Source: Chiloscyllium plagiosum
Taxonomy: Eukaryota
Length of the DNA stretch: 20,000 bases
Reading direction: 5' to 3'
Assembly: GCF_004010195.1 (NCBI RefSeq)
Contig: NC_057751.1
Location: forward strand, 2,796,482 to 2,816,481
This document shows, piece by piece, positions 10,473 to 19,763 of this stretch. The stretch's first letter is position 1. Each line of letters starts with the position of its first letter. Position numbers and translations under genes: made by a program. The notes beneath the pieces are model-generated. The model searched no databases. It was not told the origin of the DNA and was given only the letters and a program-made list of their open reading frames with translations.

Positions 10473-11638
10473 ATTCAAGAAGGCCTTTGACAAGGTGCGG
10501 CACAGGAGGCTACTGAGTACGGTAAGGGCACATGGTGTCAGAGGCAAGGTGCCAGCATGGATAGAAGCTTGGCTGTCTGGCAGAAAGCAGACAGTGGGGA
10601 CAAAAGGGTCTTTCTCAGGATGGCAGCCAGTGACAAGGTTCTGCTAGGCTCAGTGTTGGGCTGCTACTTTTCACTTTATACATAATCTAGATGAAGAAAC
10701 TGAGGGCATTCTGGCTAAGTTTGCAGACAATACAAAGATAGATAGAGAGAAAGATGCATTGAGGAGGTGGGGAGGCTGCAGAAGGATGTGGACAGGTTAG
10801 GAGAGTGGGCAAAGAAGTGGCAGATGGAGTACAACGTGGGTAAGTGTGAGGTCATGCACTTTGGTCGGAAGGATAGAGGCGTGGACTATCTTCTAAATGG
10901 GGAGAAAATGCAGAAGTCTGAGGTGCAAAGAGACTTGGGGGTTCCAGTCCAGAATCCTCTCAAGGAGAACATGCAGGTTGAGTAATTAGTTAGGAAGGCA
11001 CATGCAGTGATGGCATTTATTTTGAGAGGACTTGAATATGAAATCAGGGATGTACTTCTGATACTTTATAATGCTTTGGTCAGGCCACAGTTGGAGCATT
11101 GTGCGCAGTTTTGGGCCCCAAATATCAGGAAGGGTGGACTGGTCCCGAAACGTGTTCGGGAGGTTAACAAGAATGGTCCCAGGAATGGAAAGCTTAACAT
11201 ACGAGGAGCGTTTGAGGACTCTGCGTCTATACTGGATGGAGTTCAAAAGGATGAGGGGGGATTTAATTAAAACATACAGAATCCTGAATGATCTGGACAG
11301 AGTGGATATTGGGAAGATGTTTCCACTGGTAGGAGAAACTAGGACCTGAGGGCACAGCCTTCGAATAAACAGAAGACCTTTGAAAACGAGATAAGGAGAA
11401 ACTTCTTCAGCCAGAAAGTGGGGAATCTTTGGAATTCACTGCCACAGAAGCCTGTGAAGGCCAGGTCATTGAGTATATTTAAGACAGAGGTAGATAGGTT
11501 CTTGAGTATCAAGGGGATCAAGGGTTATGGGGAGAAAGTGGGAGAATGGGGTTGAGAAACTTATCAACTGTGATTGGCACAGCAGATCTGATGGGCTGAA
11601 TGACCTCATTTCTGCTGCTATGTCTTATGGTCTTATGG
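10473..11638 (+). mobile_element. CR1/HER1 LINE, 5'-truncated (RT C-terminal half and 3' UTR)
   Basis: FKKAFDKV.HRRLL, KFADNTK (degenerate FADD), LQKDVDRLGEWAKKWQMEYNVGKCEVMHFG, LYNALVRPQLEHCAQFWAP and RMRGDLIKTYRIL, with a (TCTTATGG)2 tail. Frameshifted. Confidence 0.95.
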
Positions 11639-12595
11639 ATTCCACGATTAGCAAAGTATTCTTCCTGTCAGAGTCATGACACATTGTTAGTTATTGCTTT
11701 ATGTGTGATTTTTAATGAATGAGCAACGTGTTTGCAATGAATTTCAGAATGGGCAAGAAAATATGACTCTGGTTGAAAATGGTGAAACTGAAGTTGTTGA
11801 AATTTGTTCAGCCAAGGTATGAAAGGCAGGTTGATGAGGTGAGGATACACACCAGCCATTGTTTAGTAGGATGGGGAAAGAATGGTCTCCCTCTGTACAT
11901 CTCTGCTCTGTTCTCTCTGCACAATAATTCAAAACACAGCATCCCACTCAGCTCTAGCTTGTTCTCACTTACAGTGGCTTCCTCATGTAAGCTGCTGCTC
12001 CGGTACTTCGACTGTGCAGAGTCTGGCATTCTCAGATTACTGCTGCAACCAATATTTTAATACAAATGATGCCATTGCCTGCCTGAAAAAGTCTCAAGGC
12101 TGCCATTTTTCTCTGTCCTTTTGGTGTTCTTTGTGTGGTTTCCGAACCCACACCTGGGAATGTGGAAACCACACGAAACTCTCGACTGCCTCAGTTTCTG
12201 ATTTTACATTATGTTCTGGTTCCGTTAATATTCCAAGCGAGCAAGGAGCTGGGGAGAAAAGGTACGTGGTGTCCAGTAGACAACAGAAATTAAGCATCAG
12301 GGATTTGTGAGGTGTAAATGGAGAGCTGCAAATGGCGTCATCAGCTTCAAAGTGAAGCTCCTGCAGATCATCGGAACCAGTTCACTGCTTAAGTGAATTT
12401 TTAGAAATAAGTCAATCAGGAAGAGAAAACGTTGAAGGTTGTCAATACAGCATCATTACGAAATGACCTTGTTTCACTCAAATGGCCAAGTACAGGGTTA
12501 GGATCACAAGTATCTACGGCAGAGACTACACTCCTGCTTCAGTTACAATCTGTCCACACTACTGCTGTTTTTCTTAGCATGCCTGAAATATGAAC

Positions 12596-12655
12596 TTTGC
12601 TGGCTGGGTCAGCATTTATTGCCCATCCCCAGTTGCCCTGGAGAAGCTGGTGGTG
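12596..12655 (-). mobile_element. 3'-terminal fragment of the LINE family at 2222-4740
   Basis: CAGCATTTATTGCCCATCCCCAGTTGCCCTGGAGAAGCTGGTGGTG matches 2234-2280. Confidence 0.7.
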
Positions 12656-12659
12656 CGAT

Positions 12660-12919
12660 GCAGCATGGTGGCTCAGTGGTTAGCACTGTTGTCTCACAGC
12701 ACAAGGGACCAGGGTTCCATTCCACCCCTCATCGACCTCACCGACACATCCCTGAACATTATGGGTAATTTAGCTTGGCCACTTCACATCCCCTGCATGT
12801 ATTTGGATTGTGGGAGGAAACCTACGCAGGCACAGGGAGGGTGTGCAAACTCCAAATCGGACCTGGGACCCTGGCGCTGTGAGGCAGCAGTGCTAACCAC
12901 TGATCCACCGTGCCACCCC
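12660..12919. mobile_element. Two HE1-like SINE pieces in inverted orientation (plus-strand head 12660-12737, minus-strand copy about 12740-12919)
   Basis: GGTGGCTCAGTGGTTAGCACTG on the plus strand, and CAGTGCTAACCACTGATCCACCGTGCC plus TGTGGGAGGAAACC on the minus strand. Confidence 0.85.
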
Positions 12920-12957
12920 CGATGCCTCAGGTCTTCTGACAGCACCATCTTGTCAAT

Positions 12958-13030
12958 GGCAATTACGGATCAGTGAAAAATGCTGGCCCAGTCAGCAATG
13001 TTTGTGCCTCAGCAATGTATTTAACATAAA
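12958..13030 (+). mobile_element. 3'-terminal fragment of the same LINE family, plus strand
   Basis: GGCAATTACGGATCAGTGAAAAATGCTGGCCCAGTCAGCAAT resembles the reverse complement of 12596-12637. Confidence 0.6.
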
Positions 13031-13056
13031 AGAGAGAGCAGTCTGTACTTCATTCC

Positions 13057-13250
13057 TTGCAAGGTTTGTGAAGGTTTGTAGCTCAGGTTGAGGTTTAGGG
13101 TGTAGGTTTGCTCGCTGAGCTGTAGGTTTGATATCCAGACGTTTCATTACCTGGCTAGGTAACATCATCAGTGGTGACCTCCAAGTGAAGCGAAGCTGTT
13201 GTCTCCTGCTTTCTATTTATATCTTTCTCCTGGATGGGGTTCCTGGGGTT
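13057..13250 (-). mobile_element. Penelope-like pseudo-LTR fragment
   Basis: Homologous to 8282-8435 (TGTAGCTCAGG, GCTGAGCTG.TAGGTTTG, ACATCATCAGTG, GTGAAGC) and contains a hammerhead core. Confidence 0.8.
13135..13174 (-). ncRNA. Minimal type I hammerhead ribozyme motif (PLE-associated)
   Basis: Minus strand reads CCA-CTGATGA-T-GTTACCT-AGCC-AGGTAAT-GAAAC-GTC-TGG: intact CUGAUGA and GAAA cores, 7-bp stem II, GUC cleavage triplet, and CCA/TGG stem I. Confidence 0.7.
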
Positions 13251-13369
13251 TCTTGTTTATATTTGTTTGTTTCCCATTTTTGTTGCCTCCTTTTCGGGAA
13301 GTTGGCAAGGTATCAAATGACTCTGATGTCTTGCACATTCTACATTAAGCAGCCATGCCTTGGCTTCTC

Positions 13370-13685
13370 TCTGTCATTGACTAGTCCAGTGTTCTCCTGA
13401 CTTCACTCCTGTCACCCACATCTTGAATTCACACATAACTTGTTTGCCTGTATCTTAAGTCAGACAAAGTCCTGTTCTCCTTGACTCAAATAATTATTAA
13501 TCTGCATTGGCTCACGGTGCAGCAATACCTCAGTTTTAAACTTTTCATCTTAGTTTTCAAAAACCCTGAGTCTTCACCCTCCCCATCTCAGTAATCTTCT
13601 CTATCCCCATAACTTCGTGATACTGATGTACTCCTTTCACACTGGCATCAAATTCTTGAGCTTCTCTGATTTGAATTGCTGTTCT
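13370..13685 (+). mobile_element. Old L2 LINE ORF2 C-terminal fragment
   Basis: The frame from 13502 reads LHWLTVQQYLSFKLFILVFK, matching the L2 motif LHWLPVxxRIxFKILLLVFK. Confidence 0.75.
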
Positions 13686-13704
13686 GGATGTGCTTGTGCA
13701 TTCG

Positions 13705-14260
13705 TTGTGCTTGGCCCATTTCATTCCAAACATTTCTTCTTCATGGACTTATCCAAATGTCTTTTAAACTTTGTGACTGTACCCGCATCCACCAATTCCG
13801 ATGGAAGTTCATTCCACATTCGAATCACTCTCTCTGTCAAAAAACAATTGCCCCATGTGTCCTTTTGCAAATCTTTCTCCTCTCACCTTAAAAATATGCC
13901 CCTGAGTCTTGAAATGGTCCACCCTAGGGAAAAGACACCTGCCATTAACCTTATCCATGCTCCTCATGATTTTGTAAACCTCTGTAAGGTCACTCCTCAG
14001 CCTCCAATGCTCCTGTGAAAAACGTCCCAGCCAACCCAACCTGTCTTTATAAATCAAACCCTCAACTCCCAGCAACATCCTGGTAAATCTCTTCTTAATC
14101 CTCTCCAGCTTAATAATATCCTTCCTGGAACAGGGTGACAAGAACTAGACACAGTATTCCAGAAATGATGTCAGCAACGGCCTGTATAACCTTAATGTGA
14201 CATCTCAACTGCTATGCTCAAAGGTCTGAGCAATGAAGGGAAGCATGCTAAATGCCTTCT
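13705..14260 (-). mobile_element. CR1/HER1 LINE 3' fragment
   Basis: SPCSRKDIIKLERIKKRFTRML.G..GL.YKDRL..LG.FS.E..RLRSDLTEVYKIMRSMDKV. Confidence 0.9.
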
Positions 14261-14650
14261 GAAAGAGGATTGCTGTGTTGCACCCATGAGCACACAGAGC
14301 AGGCCTTGGGCCAGAATAACTCTATAGAAATATGAGCTGGGCCAGTGAAGACAAGCAGTCTTGTTGAGCACCAGCTTTCCAGGGCAGATGAAATGGCATG
14401 ATGTGAAAGATTACCAAGTGTTCGTTGACTGACTACCTCTGACCAGTGAGCTCCTGAAACTCCACATTTTCCCTCATCACCATCCTATTCTATTAAACAC
14501 CAAAGGTGCATTAGGAGGCACTGTTGGTGGACCTGGCCATGTTATGCTTTCATTGAGAGACTGGGAAGAAGCATGAAGATCTTCAACTCTATTTTTCCAT
14601 CTCTCTTTCTTCCAGTTGGCTGTGAATGTCCATGCTGCTCTGTGGTTAGC

Positions 14651-14990
14651 ATCAGAATTAGAATTAGGCTTATTGTCACATGTACTCAAGTACAAATTAC
14701 AAAGACGTGGACAATGTTGTCAAACACAGCACCATCTTCGGTACAATGGACCTAGGTACTAAAATAGATGAGGTATAAAAATTGAAAATGAAGAGAAAGT
14801 TCTACACAAATTAGGAAGATAAAGAAAGTTATAAGATAAACATTACAGTCCTTCTGTAGCCTGCAGAGTCTGTGGCTATGGGTTTTTCACATGTGGTCTC
14901 GCTTTCCAGGCACTGCTTGGCTCCAGATCAGTGATAGACCAGCTTCACTGGGTCTCCAAACTGTTGCTTGGTGGTGACTCAGGTTGTGGT
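14651..14990 (-). mobile_element. Retroposon 3' end with microsatellite tail (LINE/SINE, family uncertain)
   Basis: Minus strand ends GTACATGTGACAATAAGCCTAATTCTAATTCTGAT, a polyA-like signal followed by an (AATTCT)n tail. The 5' boundary is uncertain. Confidence 0.5.
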
Positions 14991-15429
14991 ATTGCTGTTG
15001 TAATCCTCTTTTTCAATCTGGGTGTGTACCTGCAGTAAATTTCTTTGGGAACAATAAGAAATGTACTGAATTTTGAGTGTTGCATTGTCTCTCGTGTCCT
15101 GGCCTTTAAGTTTCTCCCTCAATCAGTGGCATCAAAGCAAATTTCCTGCTCATTACCCTGTCGCTTTTTTGGGGGAGTTTGCGAATTGGCTGCCACACTT
15201 TCCCCGTGGCATGCTTGGGTCATCACTCAGTGGTGATAGATGCCGTAGAGGTACATCTCTTCCATCATTGTTTCTTTCTGCTGAGCTTTCCCCGAGTTGC
15301 TGACAAACAGCCAGAAGAATGCAGATAAAGATTCACAGCATACTTTTACAAAAGCAAGTGTACAGAGACAGCTAATCAATTCAGACAGGGACTCTGTTTT
15401 ATGTTTTCTTGACAGAACAATTGTACCAA

Positions 15430-15712
15430 ATGGCAACACTTTGTGCTGAATCTTTAAGGTGAGAAAGCATCTCAAGGTGGGTTCCCATGTACGTTGTCAA
15501 AGCAAAAGTACAGAGCCACAAAATTGGGACAGATGCAGTTTTAAAGTGAGCCTTAATAAAGGAGCAAGAGAGAGTTGGAGAGGAACTTTAAGAGGCAGCT
15601 GAAGGTATGATTGCCAGTGATGAAGTGATTGAAATCTGTGATGCCCAAGAGGCCAGAACTGCAGGGAATCAGACCTGGCAGAGACTTGTGGGGCTGGAGA
15701 TGTTTAAACAGT
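15430..15712 (-). mobile_element. Old L2 3' end
   Basis: Minus strand has CTCCAGCCCCACAA and TTCTGGCCTCTTGGGCATC, typical of shark L2 3' regions and related to 13600-13680. Confidence 0.6.
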
Positions 15713-15716
15713 AAGT

Positions 15717-16010
15717 GGGTGGCACGGTTGTTAGCACTGCTGCCTCACAGCGCCAGAGACCCAGGTTCAATTCCCGTCTCAGGCAACTGTCTGTGTGGAG
15801 TTTTCACATTCTCCCCGTGTCTGCGCGGGTTTCCTTCCACAGTCCAAAAAGAAAGTGCAGGTTAGGTGAATTGGCCATGCTAAATTGCCAGCAGTGTTAG
15901 GTGAAGGGGTAAATGTAGGGGAATGGGTCTGGGTGGGTTCCTCTTCGGAGGGTCAGTGTGGATTGTTGGGCCGAAGGGCCTGTTTTCACGCTGTAAGTAA
16001 GCTAATCTAA
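15717..16010 (+). mobile_element. HE1-like SINE, near full length
   Basis: tRNA head with B box GGTTCAATTCC, CACAGTCCAAA..GTGCAGGTTAGG core, and tail GGGCCGAAGGGCCTGTTTTCACGCTGTAAGTAAGCTAATCTAA. Confidence 0.92.
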
Positions 16011-16989
16011 CAAATGCCCTCAATCTTTTATGGGCCACAAGATGAAATCTTAGCGTTGTCCAAGGAAGCACTGCAGACTTTCAGATCATTGTGATCCTAC
16101 ATGTCATGAAAAACCAGGACTGAAACAAGACAAAGATATAATATTGAGCAACGGCAGGGAAATGACCATCACGTGTAATATTGACAAGAGCTGTTGGTTG
16201 ATGCATTGGAGATGGGCTGGAACTGGAGGTTACTTCACTCACACACTACAACAAACCCTCAACTCACCAGTCTCGCAGTCTTTCCGAATATTGAATATCT
16301 CATCAACAAAGTGCAGATAGTGATATATTACTCATAATGTGAGCAAAAATCAAATGCAAGTCACTTCCTGAAGAATATGCTTCAACCAAGATCAACAAGG
16401 GAAATAAGCCAATTATCTCCGATTTGTCCAGAACACGAGGTGTCATGGCACAGAGCCCAATAAATGTTGAGGGAAGTCTTGGCAGGTGACAGATCTTTGG
16501 GAAAACAGGACTGTCGTTACGCCTTCAGGTTGAAAGATGCATGATTTTGAGCATATCCCAGCAATGTGGTTTGTATTGATTGTGGCTTTTGTTTATATGC
16601 TCTGTTGATCAAAACAGTGAACTGCAGAGGCCCACATATCAAATTTTGTTAATAATGGAAAGCACAGTCAAGCTTGTAGTGGGCTCAGTAATTCTCCTGG
16701 TAAATTATCACCAGGGACAGAATAAAACTGTTATGATTTGGACCTTTGCCTGTGATGTTTCCAACAGAATCTGATGAGCTACAGTGCAAAATATATGTCA
16801 ATGAGGTTTAGTTACTCATCCTAGGTCGACTGTACCAAGGTGACATTCCAAATGGGGACCTTTTTGTGTTAATCCTTTCTTGAATTTTATATTGATCAAT
16901 CTGTCAATGATCTCAATGGTTAGGTAGGAAGAATAACATATTTAAACAGTCAATTAATAATATTCAAAGCACATTACTGTTACATATAA

Positions 16990-17770
16990 ATCGCAGCAGA
17001 AGTTTGCACACAGCAAGATCCCAGCTGCCCAGCAATGCAATCATGACCAAGAATGAGTTTAATGATGTTGGTTTAGAAATTATTTATTGTTTCCACAGTC
17101 CATGAGAGAGACTCCTCCAAGCCCTTTGCTCTTCTTTCAGCACGATGTATCCGAGAGGGCAAACAAAATATTTAAACCACTTCTCTTCTGAAAGAAAACA
17201 AAGCAGTTTCAACACTACTCCCATATTCTGAACTCCCCGATAGTACTCCCTCAGTACTGACCCTCCCACAGTGCGGCGTTCCCTCAGTACTGACCCTCCC
17301 ACAGTGCGGCATTCCCTCAGTACTGACCCTCCCACAGTGCGGCATTCCCTCAGTACTGACCCTCCCACAGTGCGGCATTCCCTCAGTACTGACCCTCCCA
17401 CAGTGCGGCATTCCCTCAGTACTGACCCTCCCACAGTGCGGCATTCCCTCAGTACTGACCCTCCCACAGTGCGGCATTCCCTCAGTACTGACCCTCCCAC
17501 AGTGCGGCATTCCCTCAGTACTGACCCTCCCACAGTGCGGCGTTCCCTCAGTACTGACCCTCCCAAAGTGCGGCATTCCCTCAGTACTGACCCTCCCACA
17601 GTGTGGCACTCCCTCAGTACTGACCCTCCCACAGTGTGGCACTCCCTCAGTACTGACCCTCCCACAGTGTGGTGTTCCCTCAGTACTGACCCTCCCACAG
17701 TGCGGTGTTCCCTCAGTACTGATTCTTAAACAGTGCAGCATTCCCTCATCTGAGTACTGCAGTGGGAGTT
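16990..17770 (-). mobile_element. Decayed Deu-domain SINE (SacSINE1/AmnSINE1-like) hosting the minisatellite
   Basis: Colinear motifs TTTGCACACAGCAAGATCCCA, CAGCAATG, ATGACCA, TGATGTTGGTT, TGCTCTTCTT, GAGAGGGCA, TCTGAAAGA and ACAGTGCAGCATTCCCTCA, recalled as the reverse strand of the Deu domain. Confidence 0.65.
17248..17722. repeat. 33-bp minisatellite, 14 full units plus a partial unit
   Basis: Unit CCCTCAGTACTGACCCTCCCACAGTGCGGCATT. Units 2-8 are identical and variants cluster at the right end. No spacers. Confidence 0.98.
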
Positions 17771-18135
17771 TTTAATAGCTGAGAGAACTGTTGTTTCTGA
17801 TTTGTAAAATTGGGTAATGTTACTGTCTGATTCAGTTGGCCCTTTTTCTCAATGGGTGAGATGTAGTGACATATCAAAGACAGCTTTCTGAAGCTAGGTA
17901 TATTCTGCTTCAGAAAGGTGATAGAGTGTACTTCTGACTACACATGCCTTTGTGAAGAACAATAGATAAGCAAACTTACTGATTAATTCAAGCAAATATG
18001 CATTTACACAGATTGTAACCATAGTTGACCATGGACAAATGTATCATAGACAGTGAATATCATGGACAGCAAATAGGAACCATTTTGGGGACATTTCCTT
18101 CGACAGGTAATTCAAGATGGAGGAAAGGAAAAATT

Positions 18136-18720
18136 TGTGACTGTAAGAGCTGCCCCTTTTTTGAGGGATTTTTAGGAATTGGAGCTGTTTTTCCTCAAAG
18201 TCCAGGAGCAATAATTACTGTTTTATAAGCTATTGCAATGTTTTGGACCTTTGGGGAAAAAAGATCAAAACAATAGCACTTTGAAAAGGAGGAAGAGAGA
18301 GAAAGATGGAGGCCACGTGGTCAGTGAGAGAGAGAGAGAAACCTGCACTGCTGTCTGACACAGCAGTGAATCTGCACAGTTACTGCCTTTGCTGTTTGAG
18401 TTCAAGTATTTCTGGACATTGGAGTGAGTCTAAGAAAAATTAACAAACAGCAAAATTCACAGCTGACATTGGAAGAAACTTTGTGGGAGAGCTCATAGCC
18501 CACAGGAGCAGATAAGTGCATGGTTTTTAAGTGTAACCATGCTGTCTTTTTTTAATAATGGGTAGAGTTGGTTCTTCTTGGTTATATGTTTTATTGAGAT
18601 CTGTCACTTGATTAAAATTTAAAAATATGAAACATAGCTACTCAGTTAGCCTGGAGCACTGATTTTTAGAGCTGTAAAAGTGTGCTATTTTCTGAGTCTG
18701 TCGATTGTGAAAGAGCAAAG
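18136..18720 (+). mobile_element. LTR-like leader directly upstream of CR1 ORF1
   Basis: Starts TGTGACTGTAAGAGCTGCCCCTTTTTT, resembling the reverse-complemented end of LTR 247-778. Contains (GA)n, CCACGTGG and ATTAAA. No ACA terminus or TSD seen before the ORF1 ATG. Confidence 0.5.
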
Positions 18721-19617
18721 ATGGCCTTTAGTAGCATGATGTGCTCTTCCTGTCAGATATGGGAGATTGGGGAGAGTTCCCATGTTATGTCTGCAGCAAG
18801 TATTTTCGGTTACGAATCCTATGGTATGGATCGGTTGGAGTGGCAGTTTGAAGCAATGAGACATTTATAAGAGCTACGAAGTGTGATGGATGGCAGTTAT
18901 AGGAGGGGGGAAGAAATGCTGCAGATGCAGCCAAATAGATACAGCCAGCCAGGAAAGGTATGAGAGGAAGACAGGTAGTGCAGGAGTCTTCTGTGGCTAT
19001 CCCTATCTCAAACAAGTATGCTGCTTTGGAAAATATAGGGAGTGATGGACTCTCAGGGGATTGAAGCACTGGTACTGAGACTGGCTCTAATGTAATGAGG
19101 AGTATGTCAGATTCCAAGCAATCGATTGTGATAGGGGACTCTCCAGGCAGAGGCACAGGTAGATGTTTCTGTGGCCAACCGTGAGAAATCAGAATGGTGT
19201 GTTGCCTCCCTGGTGCCAGGATCAAAGATATCTCGGAGAGAATGCAGGATATTCTCAAAGGGGAGTGGGACCAATGGGAGGCCGTTGTACACATTGAAAC
19301 TAATGACATAGGAAGGGAAAAGGATGAGATTCTTAAGGGAGAGTACAGGAATATAGGCAGGATTTTAAAAAGGAGGTCCTCGAGAGTAGTAATATCTGGA
19401 TTACTCCCAGTTCTATGAGCTAGTGAGGATAGAGCAGATTAATGCATCGCTGAGGAGCTGGTGCAGGGAAGAAAGGTTCACATTTTTGGATCATTGCAAT
19501 CTTTCCTGGGGTAGAAGTGGCCTGTCCAAAAAGGATGGATTGCACCTGAATTGGAAGGGGACTAATATACTGACAGTGAGATTTGCTAGAGCTGCTCGGG
19601 AGGATTTAAGCGAGTGA
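18721..19617 (+). pseudogene. CR1-type LINE ORF1 (zinc finger plus SGNH/GDSL esterase), disrupted
   Basis: MAFSSMMCSSCQIWE..VCSK zinc finger remnant, and SGNH blocks IVIGDS, CLPGA, VHIETND and DGLHLN. In-frame stops and frameshifts. The start of ORF2 (DRFNCIF) appears at about 19743-19762. Confidence 0.9.
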
Positions 19618-19763
19618 GGTCGGGCTGGCGGAGGGCTATGTGAAACCCAGGGAGGTAGTGAGGAAAGAGATCAATCTGAGACTGGTTCAATTAGGAAAAG
19701 GAGCGAGTCAGTCAGGGCAGGCTGGGACAAAGCAGAAAACAAGATAGATTCAACTGCATTTTT

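Noticed and set aside
15415..15458. 44-bp plus-strand exon (TTCTTGACAG ... AAG|GTGAGA)
   Set aside because: It overlaps the decayed L2 terminus and has no supporting homology.
17248..17722. CRISPR array
   Set aside because: Units are head-to-tail with no unique spacers, there are no cas genes, and the context is vertebrate. It is a minisatellite.
17084..17741. Repeat-protein ORFs (GGSVLRECRTV, GRVSTEGMPHC, SLSTDPPTVRH)
   Set aside because: Frames are open on both strands simply because the unit is 33 bp and lacks stops in those frames. No gene structure is evident.
19194..19617. Host SGNH lipase/esterase gene
   Set aside because: It is intronless and disrupted, preceded by a CR1 zinc finger and followed by the ORF2 start, so it is LINE ORF1.
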